A stretch of 64,000 nucleotides of DNA, from assembly GCA_047495785.1 (NCBI GenBank), contig JBLDXI010000016.1, forward strand, positions 744,001-808,000. The letters run 5' to 3'. The number at the start of each line of letters is the position of its first letter. The first letter of the stretch is position 1. Made by a program: the position numbers and the translations under genes. This stretch comes from Lepidodermella squamata. Its lineage: Eukaryota; Animalia; Gastrotricha. The notes below the pieces were generated by a model, which saw nothing but the letters and a program-made list of their open reading frames with translations, was not told the DNA's origin and did no database searches. Shown here piece after piece: positions 14,380 through 25,400 of this stretch.

Positions 14380-16461
14380 ATTAGGCGACTGGTTTTTCAT
14401 TTTTGAGTCATAATTATGATATCGCTTTTCCATCAAATCCTACGACTAAAAATTGAATATTATTATTATCAATAAATCGTTCGAAGATCGATGATAAACA
14501 AAAGGAAAATTTCGCGCTGCTTTTATACGTGGTTTTTTTCTCGAAATTGAAAAACCGAAAAATTCATCATGACACATTTTACGACAATAAAATTTATCCG
14601 TTTTTTGGACCGGCGCGTATTACGCATTTTGGCGGATATCGGCGTTTTTTCAGACGAGTTGACCCGTAATAAAAGGGTAACGCGTAGTTGACGGAAATTT
14701 GCGCGTGAGACCATGCGTAATGAGCGTAAATTGATGAATTATTTCGAGCCGGCGATTACCAATGATTTGTGGGTACACATTCCCCGCCTTTCGACAGTAA
14801 TCGCGTTCTGCTGGCTCTGATGAAATCATCTGCATATTACGGATGATCGCGGAATCGTGTTTTGATGTTACTGGCAGATACTCATTCATCATCATGACAT
14901 GCATGCATTAGTGCGCTGGAGTCAACAGTTACCGAGACGATAGATGTATGCCAAAATGCAGCGCTTCTATTGGTTTCTATATGTGAGAGGCTAAGTGATA
15001 GTGTTTTACCAGGTGCCGCTCGTTATTCGTAACCTGGCTCGTGAATCGCATTACGTAAAACGACGCAAAGCAGAGAGTGTTTTATGAAGAATATTTTTTT
15101 TTCATTTCAAGACAATAAACATTTGAACGATACGCTCGCAAATAGAGATGAATAAGATTCAAATCACGAAATACCTAAACAAAAACCAAAGAATCTCTAA
15201 AAGATGTCTTCAACTGGATGATGATTTCGCAACTTGAACGAATTCCAAGGAACCATTTTTGAATTTGTTGCCAAGGTTAAGTAAGATTATTCATCATGAA
15301 AGAGAATAAAACTGAACCCCGGTGGTGAGCGAACGAAACGAGCAAAAAAGTGGTATTAGCGCGAAAAGTACTGAAATGCCTAGGAATGATTGGAAATTTC
15401 TAGGGAACACCGCTTCTCAATTTTACATTTTCAGGAGACGCGCATGAAATAATGTGGAATGTGGCCCTCTAACTCTATACTACAATAAGATTAAAAGGCA
15501 GCTCGCAGCTAACATTCACGCTCAGAAAGCTCGTGAAATATTTCGAAGCAATTTGAAAAATTCCCAATGACGCCTTGAAGAAACGCCAGCCTTTTAAACA
15601 AAAAGAGTCAATTCAGTTCCTGGATCCGTCGATTTTAATTGACCGTCAAGCTGAAGGTGTCAAAATTAGTCACGTAAAACCGTATTCGACACCCATGGAA
15701 AAACCGTTCTTATGGAAGTTTCATTGCGAGAGGTATTCCAACTGGGTTCATTCAGAATTCCTAAGCTAAATCAAACCGGATCTTAGTATTTGCTCTGTCC
15801 GTCAATTTGTTTATAACACCATGGAGAAATATGATTGACCGCATTGCTGCAGTAGAAATGAGACTTGAGACTATTAACCACAGCAAATAAAATTGAAAGT
15901 GAATGCAGAAATCCAGTAAACCAAATGCTGCATGCATTGTATCGAAAAACTCCTTTTCGACAATCCGACTGAGCAAAGCGATCAACTGGCACGGCCATAC
16001 ATCAGTACTGCAATCACTGCAACTATGAGACGTACTCTCATGACTGCAACTCATTCGGCGTCAAGTAAGCTGAGGTAATCTGTGAAGAATCAACATGGTC
16101 TTCGAAAAATAAAATCGATTCTGGCGAAATCGTTCAATCTGTCTAAGCCTCGTAGTTTCAATCTGTTGCTTGCGTGGTAAGCAAACATAATTTGATAAAA
16201 TCACCCTATGACTCATCGCACAGCAACCGCACACAGCACCGCGGTCGTTCAATAATCTCTGCGAACGTCGATGCTCCCAAAAAAACCACAAAATCACCTT
16301 GAGTTTCACATGCTACAACAGCTAATATATTAATTTAAAATATTTTGAAAATGATTTTTTTTACAAGTTAGTACTGATTTTAAAATAAAATTTTATCTTA
16401 ACAACCCAATGCCATATCTTAGCAACTGATCTGTTTACTACGATGTGGTTTTTTCGTCGGC

Positions 16462-16475
16462 GTATCCAGGGAAAC
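16462..16475. promoter_or_regulatory. RFX X-box candidate upstream of the STMND1-like gene
   Basis: GTATCCAGGGAAAC about 265 nt before the ATG, with a forkhead core TGTTTAC (16432-16438) and an X-box half-site TTAGCAAC (~16419-16426) nearby. Confidence 0.5.
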
Positions 16476-16740
16476 ATGGACCGCGTTGGTCGTTTCCTGC
16501 GTTCCTTATTTTAAAGGAAACAAAACTGTTTCGACTGGAATCATTTGATTCTTTGGTGATTTGAATAAGCTTTTGTTTTAACTTTGTTTTGAAACGTCAT
16601 CTCACTATTGAGATCAGTTGGCATTCACTGCTTAGAGCTGCGCTACATCACTTTAGCCTTGCCATGTTTCAACGTCACATAATTCAAGCCTTTTATTATC
16701 TTGTCTAGTTTACTTATTTGCAATAACTTTTAACTCTGCA

Positions 16741-17543
16741 ATGGGGTGCGGTAGTAGTCAACAGGCGCAGAATGTTAACAGTTCCGCTACTAAAGCTGGA
16801 GAAGGGGACAAGCAAATCAACAAGGTGAAGTCAGCAACTCGAGTTCATCCAACAAACTCTTCATTAATACGCGTATCGTCTGGCAAGGGAAGTCTTATAG
16901 GCGCTGACTCTGCAGTTGCTAGTCGAAATTCATCAGCCGTCTCTAGCTCATCAGGCAAAAGTGCCGACTCCGGAGTTGGAGATCCCCTCTCTTTAGAACT
17001 CGCAGATGGAAGTCACTCTAAGATGAATGACATCTTTGTCTCACGAGGTCCAAGTGGGAAGATGCGCAGTATTGACGAAGCCGAAATTATTGAGAAACTT
17101 CGCAATGAGGGGCTAATATCTCGGCCCAAGTCAGTTGCAAGTGGAATGTCTTTCGAAATCAACGTTGAAGAGCAGCAAGCATTACCTAGGTAAGAAGGGA
17201 TATCTCTGTAAAGTGTATGATTGTTACCGCTATATCTTTCAATAGTCGCCGATTACCCCCACGGCTTCAACGTTTGGAACTGGTTCAGGAGGAGAAGAAG
17301 TCGATGACAGATGAAGATATTAAAGCGAAACTCGCGAGAGCAGCTGAACGCAGGAAGAAGAAGCTAGCTCGTGCTCAAAACAAACCACCCCGCCCCCCGA
17401 CAAGAGTCAGTATGGCGGAGGAGGCACCCCTCGACCCCGCTGCCCAAGAAGTGCCAATGGTTAGAACGTCTCACCCCGAAACAGAAGTCTTGCGTCCTCC
17501 GCCCAACGCGCCAATCGATATTTTCTCTGGAGCTGAAGTCTAG
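16741..17543 (+). CDS. STMND1: Stathmin domain-containing protein (STMND1-like) with an N-terminal acylation motif
   Basis: Exons 16741-17189 and 17246-17543. The MGCGSS N-terminus and EIIEKLRNEGLI..GMSFEI..RRLPPRLQRL..DIKAKLARAAERRKKK follow the STMND1/CCDC198 stathmin-like domain pattern. Confidence 0.75.
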
Positions 17544-19493
17544 ATGTTGCTATTTTTTCTCAACAATCCCGTTTCACACCTGATACCGGCCTTTTGTAAA
17601 TCGGCCTCCAGCATTATACAGCATATATCTTATTTATACATTTTATGTGTACAACCGATTCGTTGATGATAACCGGATACAATTTCTTAATTTTTTTCAA
17701 GGCATTTTTCCTAAATAAAGTTACCTATTTTGCAAAAACACGCCAGCCGTCTTGTTTGAAAGCAGCTAATTGTGATTTTTATTTCTGACATCAAACAGGT
17801 GTAAATGTACGGATTAGAACATGATGTTTATTTTTTGTACAGCAAATCGGACTATTTATTCATAATATACGAAATTGTACCTTTCGTTATTGATATGCTG
17901 CTATATAATATGACCAAAAAATTTCTCGCGCCATTTTTCATTATCATCAGACACCAGAAAAAAAGAAGAAGAAGAGGCAGTACGTAAAAGGGATCGCTAG
18001 TAACAAGTGAACAACATTTGATTGCCAGCGTAAATATTCCGTTTAAAATAGCGCTTATAGATCGGTATAATATCATAAGCCATGTTATTATTTCATCTTT
18101 TAGCGGCATCGTGTCATTGTTTTCCATCATCATCAGACGACACAGCACAGTAGAGACAGAGAGAATGGGGCGGCGGCGGCGGTAGTCGGGGTGAAAAAAA
18201 CACGCAAATTGACGTTTTTTCTTCAATTCATCTTTCGAAGAAGAGAGAAGAGGATATTTCAGGTAGAAGTTAACAGGACGTAGCTTTCAGTTTTTGTCAC
18301 AGTATTTAAAAGGCAGCAAAAGAATTGCGAGTTCACATGCGCGTTTAGAATAGGGCTCGTCAGCAAAATAAGACAAGAAATTGCTGCTTTGATTATTCGA
18401 GCGAAAAAATGATTATAACAATAATAAGAAGCTAACAATAGTATTCATCAATTCATCATCGTCCAGGTAGGAAATAGAGGCTAAACGCACTGAGTGCAAA
18501 GCTATCTGTCTATCATCAGTAATAGAATTAACAAATAATTCGCCCCAAGAGACAAAGAGAAAAGAGAGAGTAAGCGTGCCATCATCAACATTTGAGTCGA
18601 GAAAAATGCAAAATTATGACAGAGCATTTTCTTCCTTCCTTCCTTCCATTTTTCACCAATTCTTCCAACCACAATTCAGCGGCGGCATCGCCCATTTCTT
18701 GCGTAGAATTAACAAAAAAAGAGAGATAACAATAATAATTACAATAATAAGCCAAGATTCTTCAAAATCCGCGGAAGAATCAGCTCGCCAAAATCTGCAA
18801 ATAAAAATTCTGCAAGCGAGAGAAGAAGAAGAACACAAAAAATCGAATTTCCGTTATTTTATACACAGCTCATATCGAGGGCAGTTTTAATGTTGATGTT
18901 GTTAATAATTTTAATCATCAAAAAATTGATAATTTTTCAACTCTATTTTCTAAACGATGAACAGTCGCAACAAACAAGTAATAGGCGGTAATAAATGTGT
19001 ATTCAAACGCGCTTTTTTGCAACATTTCTTGTATTTAATTAATTCACTGGTAGCGAGATTGCCGCGTTCGAGAAGACGCAAAAATTTGTAATAATCCAGC
19101 TTAATATTTTCCAACAATTCCGACGATAACAACAGTTACAACAATAAAGCGCACGGCAAGCTGGTTACATTGCTATTATTATTGATGGATGATGATGATT
19201 TTTTTCAAGCACAATCGATCCCTGATTTATAGGCAGTCGCAACTTTTAAGGTAGATTTTTCAGAGAGAGAAACAAGGCCCACTATAGAAGGAACGTCTCG
19301 AGTCCTTTTCTTCACTCACGATGATGGCGAGACGTATTATTGTAGTTTATAAACAATAAATTATAACAAAAGCGCCTTCGTCTGCTCCCCGTCGTTATTT
19401 ACACTAGATTATTGAAGAATTTCGACCGAAAAAAATGACGAAAATATCGCATATTATCTCTCTTTACACACACACAATTTTTTAAGGTAGCTT

Positions 19494-22400
19494 CTATTGA
19501 TCTTCTTGTTGTTGTTGTTGCTGTTGTTGCTGTTGCTCCTGTTCTTGTTGCTGTTCGGGCGATAGGAATTTCTCAACCTCGCTCTCCATTTGCGCACGCA
19601 CCTCGGCCGGCGTCGACTCGAGGTCGCCCTCCAGCTCGTAGGTGCGCGACTCGGTGACCGTTGTCACTTCGTCCTTTGAGCCGCGCCTCACAGCAGTTTT
19701 ACGCACCTCGCGGCGCAGAATCACCTTCGCCTCGCCGATCTCGACCGGCTCGTCGCCGGCACCGGCGCCGCCCTCGGCCGCACCCTCCGCCAACGGCACG
19801 CTTGTGTACGTTGTTGTGCTGCTGTTTGTCCGCTGCACTTTTGTGATCTTGCCGGTCTCGTCCACGTACTCCTCAGAAGTAGCCACTTTTTGCGCTATGA
19901 AAAAATCAAGAAAAATCGGTAAATTTCATTTCGTCTTTCAATTTTCTCAAAAATTACCTCCCGCATCAGCAGCTTCTTGGGGCGAAGGAGGAGGCGTTTT
20001 CGAAGGACCTTCGAGGTCAGCTTAAAATTGAGAACAGAATTCAATTTCAACTCAAATTTCCAATCTTTTCGGGATTTTATTACCTTCTTCTTTGATGGGT
20101 GCATCCTTTAGGCCATCGACGCTCATCGATTTTTCGGTATCCTGCAGAAAATGAAACAATAGCACAGGTTAATAATTGATCGTGTCAAAACATTTTATCG
20201 CGCAATGACAAATCACAGAATGAAATGTTTGCACATTAAAAATGCAATTACCGGGGAAATAACCATCACGTAAGCATTTTCGATCTCGACAAAAAGATGT
20301 CTAGACTAATCGCAGTGAATGACAAAAATGCCCAAAAAATCAATTTCAAATTTTTTATCCGAACTTGGACTGTATTTCGGCCAAGTAATTTAATCACATA
20401 ATTTTTCCATTAGTTCAACCTAGATTATACCACGTGGTTAAAATGACCAGCGGCGGAAAGCTTCATTAAACATTTATGGAGCTAATTGAAGCGTGAAATA
20501 CTGCGGCAATAGCGAATCTGATTCACTCAAAACAAGCTCAATACATCCGAAAATGACCTAAAATTGGACACTAAAAACTTTCATTAAAATATTTCACCAA
20601 ACGAAATTATTTTTTATAGAGAAAAATTCCCCCTTAAATATTTTTCAAAAATTTAAAATTTAAATTTTTTTCAAAACTTAAAACTACTCAAAAATTGAAA
20701 TTTCGAGGTTTTTATCAAATTAAATTTTTCAATTTTTATCCCAACTCACCCTGGTTGTTTCACTGTGATCGTCGCCGTAGTTGACGTCGAGCGAGAAGCC
20801 GCGCGATATAGTGCCGGTTTGCGTCGTGCCCGACATGCTGGTGTCCTGGCGGGGCAGCGAGTAGTCGCTCTTCTCGAGCTCCAACTTGGCGACCGCCTTC
20901 TCCAGCTCATCCGTCACCTCCGACATGTTGGTCAAGCACCGCCGGATGATGTCCTCACGGCCGATGGCCCGCAGCGCCCGGTGCAGCACATTGCCAGTCG
21001 CCTGGCCCTGTTTCCGCTTCAGCCACATGTGCAGCATCGACAGCGCCTGCTCGGCCTGTTCCGATTTGTCGCTGCAAATCGCCGAAATGTCGGCGTTGTC
21101 GAGGTCGAGGTGCGGCGCGAGGCGCGGCCAGTCGGCGCCCAGGTACACGGCGATGTCGGGCAGGCGCACGTCCGCCTTGGCGATGTGCTCGCTCGTCGCC
21201 GACTTCTCGAGCAGGAACGCGCGTTCGGTGAGGCGCGACGCCGACTCGCCGACCAGGTCGACGGGTTCCGACTGGCTGCACTCGACCGACAGCGCCGGCA
21301 GTGAAAGATTGAGGTTGCACAGCGGCGTGTGCGGCACGTCCGTGTAGTTGCGCCGCGCCTCCGGCATGAACGCGATGCGCCCCGTCGCCTCGGCCGACTG
21401 ATCCTTGATGACGGTGGCGAATGGAAGTCGGTTCTCCTGAAATTGAAATCAAACAACAATTAGACAAATTGATCAATTATTTTACAATCGCAGACTTAGA
21501 ATTACAGGGCGTCAAGAATTACAAAACTAGTGCTCGAAAAATATCAAAAAATGACCATAGCTCCGAAAAATTTCGCAAAATCTTACAGACATTAGTTATT
21601 TAAAAATTGCCCAGAAATGGGGCGAAATTTGTTCAAAAAGCCAAAAGAATTCGCTTAAAATCCCAGCAGAATTGTAAGCCGTTGTATGGACATTTCATCC
21701 CAAATAAAAAATTCCTGATCCATTTTATTTCAAAAAATTTACCTCAGCTATCATTTGGGCAAAATCAAGTCAATCGTTAATAGAGAAATTTCAGAAAAGG
21801 CCTATATGACTGGTTAAAAAGTCGAATTCTAGAACTTGGCTCGAAATGTTAAAAATAGTATTATCTGCGGAGGATTTGTATCGATTTAAGTGTCAATATT
21901 TGGAATAAAATAAATAGGCGAGTTAGTAGGCCTCGATGAATAAAAACAGCGAAAACACGCTGTAAAATCGATAAGATTTGCATCGGAAAGTTTACGCTTG
22001 AATAATAAGCCAAATTATGATAGTGCATCACAGAAATGTTTATCTACTGATTTTCGCTAGTCTTTGTTGGATTTGGAAAATCTCTTCTGCACATTTTTTT
22101 CCAGTCATTTAAAATTTGGCGTTCAGCTATCAGGGAAAATATTTGATCAAATTATATACAGATTATTTTTAGGTATTTAAAAAACACTGATTCAAAGATC
22201 TAACAAAAAAGTAGTCTTTTTGTATTATACGAATAGATTCTCAAAAATGATGAAAAATGAGAACAAACTAGAAACGAAAGCACGTCATTAATGTTATATA
22301 GAAAAGAATTAAGGGCAGAAATGTTGATGCAATCCAACTATACATGGGAACAATTTTCTCTTGAAATTTCTCAATTTTACGCCCTAATTTCTGACTTTTA

Positions 22401-25400
22401 AAAACTAGAAAAGTGATACGAACCTGGAATGCCTTGAAAACAATCGACGGCTGCTCGTCGGCCTTGTACAGCGGCTTCAAATTGCCGGCCATTTCGACCC
22501 AGAGCGGCCGGCCCTCGAGCACCTCGACTTCGCGCGACCGCGCAATCTCGTTGAACTGCTGCTGGTTCTCCAGCGTTTTGTCCATCTTATCGTCCGTCAT
22601 GCAGAACACGCGCAGACGGGCCTGGCTGGCGTCGAGCCGCTTCGCAAACACGGCGAACTTCGCCATGTACGGCACGGCGATCGCCTCGCGATAAATCTCC
22701 GTCGCCATTTTCACCGGCTCGGCGTCGCTCGCGCAGTCCACGAGCCAGAAACGCGCCGATACTGTCGTGTTGAACGACACGTTCTCCTTGCCGAACGTCA
22801 ACGGCGTCGATTTCGTGATATCCTCCCATTGCGCCGGCGTCTGGCCGCCGGTTATCGAGCACAACAGGTGGATGTTCGACGACGACACCTTGTCGCCGCC
22901 CGTCGGCGACGCCGCCTGCCGCGTCGACTTGGGCAGCGGTATCGTTAGCGTGATCGGCCGGTGGAATTTACGCCGCCGCGGTTCGATTGTCACGACGGGG
23001 CTTACCGCGATTTTGTTGCCGTACAGTCGCTGCACGAGCGTAGGCTGGATGACGTGGGCTTGCACGCCGATTTTGATGGTTTTGGTCAGGGCGCCTTCGG
23101 GGAACGTGGCCTGCGCCTGCGGGCACACCGTCGATTGCATAACGCCGCCGTTCGGCCCCACCGCCGCTATGTCCTGGCGCAACCGGCTGACGATGGCGAA
23201 GTATTTCGGGAAATCTTCCGTAACGATGCGGATAATGCGGTTCTGGAACAGCTCTTCCGCATTTTCGAGTTTCGACAGAAATTCCATGACTGATACGGTC
23301 CGAACATGCACGCCGTGAATCAGCATGTTGTCTAAAATTGATAAAAAAAAAAATTTAGAAATGAAAAAATAAGAATTCCTCCTTAATATTTTCACTATAC
23401 TTTCGCCTATAAGATCATTTTGGAAAATTGAGTTTTAATCAAAAGTGGAAATTATATTGAAATTTTACCTCCTCCATCGAAACTGTTGCGAACCGTCTCA
23501 TTCAGCGCGTGGTTATCAGTCGGTTGGGTGTGTTCACGCCATGTTTGGCCGTCATCAGACCGCAGGATGATAAGTTCACGTTCGCGATCGCGCAACGAAG
23601 CGAAATGCGGCATTTCAATGATAACTGGGCCGAGGAAGCGGCAACCAACCGGGCCCATCTGAATGATGCGACACGCCAGGCCCTCGCCTTCGTTCAACAA
23701 CGGCGGCGAGGCGAGTTTCTCCTTGCGGAGGAGTTTGCACGTGATACGAGTCGGCGAGGCCAACTTGCGAGGTGGCACAATAATTCGAGTTCCAGAATGG
23801 CGACAACCCCTAAAATTAGGAAAACAGGTTAAAAATTGATGAAAAAATTCTGAAAATAAAGCTGACCTCATTGCACCTCCACGAGCGTCAACCAAGAATG
23901 AGACGAGAAATCCGGAGTAGAGCGGCGCCCTATCGACGGCAACATTGTCCGGGTTCAATTGACTAATAATGTGACCCGTGTCGAGAGTGCCGCGATTTCG
24001 TTCAACCTCCATGATATGTTTCTCTTCCTCCTGAATTCAGAACGAAAAAAATACAACCGGTTAGATCACTAACACCAGAGGTCAGCAGCAATTAAATGCA
24101 AGCAGCGTTTTGTTCAAAAACTGAAAGTGTAGCAAATGAGCCTATTATACCTAGATTATTATTTATACGGACCCGCACAGGTACGCATGTTAAAGCTCTT
24201 GAATTGTATAATTTCAACGCTCCGTATACACGTTTGTCAGAAATGTTGAACAAAAAACCCTCGTCGCCGTGACAAGTTGTAGTGGTGGTGGTGGTGATGG
24301 TAGTAACAACAAGCCGGCTACATCTAACCGGTGAAATGAATAAAACCAACACAATGTCGCGCGCGCGAGCTTTAGCAAACAATAATAACCCGTTCCCTCT
24401 CTCATTCTGCGCATTGGTCAGCTAGTTAGTAAGTCGAAATTTAAGGGCAGTCATATATAACCTCCTACAAAATATTGTTAGAAAAAGCGCCAACAAAAAT
24501 ATTTTTCGAAAAATCCACCTTAAAATAATATTTTTCTCATCATTTTCTCTGATTTGTCTTATTCTTCCTGTACTTATTTGACAGCTTGTGCGACAAACAG
24601 GTGATTGTTTTATGATAATAGAGCGCGAACCTAACAAAACCAGCAAACCAAATATAATATGGCAACATGTCATATTATTATTCCGAGTAGCATCACGATG
24701 ATATAACTTAATAATTTCCACGTGAAGCAGCGACAAATAAGAGCCATGTTGATATAGAGCGCAGCACTTGGTTCCTACTTGGCAAGCTTTCACTACGATA
24801 TCAAGTCGCATTATAATAGGCAAGCCACAGAATATCATAAGGACATTTTGTATACAAGTATATTGTAATAAGCAGCGGAAGTGATGTGAGACTCACGAAA
24901 AACATTGATTCTGAGCAGATCATGCTCTGATAGCGACCATCCTCCTTCACGTCCTTCATTAGTGATAGTAATAACAAATCACAAAATTACACACGGTCCC
25001 ATCCCCTAAATTATCTAAACCAAACGGGTCATCTCAACCAGCCAGGAAACACCGTGTAAATTCAACCAGGCGTGTAATATTGGTACATCAAATAATCGCG
25101 AATGCGCACACAGAAAAAACACGCAGGGTGATCAAAGAAAATCACATAAACTCACCAGAGGTTTAGCCTTTTTCGCGACCAAACTCGTCGAAGGGTGGTC
25201 ATCTTCACCTTTCGAACAGCCGAGACCCATTGTGACGAAGTTCGACGAAGGTAAATCTTGCGCGTTTAGCTTAGTAATAGTAATAACATTTTCGAAAATT
25301 CAATTTTTTCAACTCGAAAGTAAATAACGTCAAGCGCAGCGGAAAAAACAACGCTTGACAGGGCTATAATAATAATATCGTTAATTAAAATAAGAAAAAC

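Larger units (their letters stand above)
14095..14414. repeat. Perfect 144-bp inverted repeat (foldback) with a 32-nt T-rich spacer; probably Penelope pseudo-LTR derived
   Basis: 14095-14238 is the exact reverse complement of 14271-14414. The spacer 14239-14270 is ccaatcg-T-run-gg-T-run. Confidence 0.95.

Noticed and set aside
14900-16320. Coding-like composition between the foldback and the STMND1-like gene
   Set aside because: Every frame I tried hits stops and no motif was recognised; possibly decayed sequence.
20765-23832. Long plus-strand and alternative-frame ORFs overlapping ankyrin exons
   Set aside because: Shadow ORFs caused by GC-rich codon usage; no recognisable domains.
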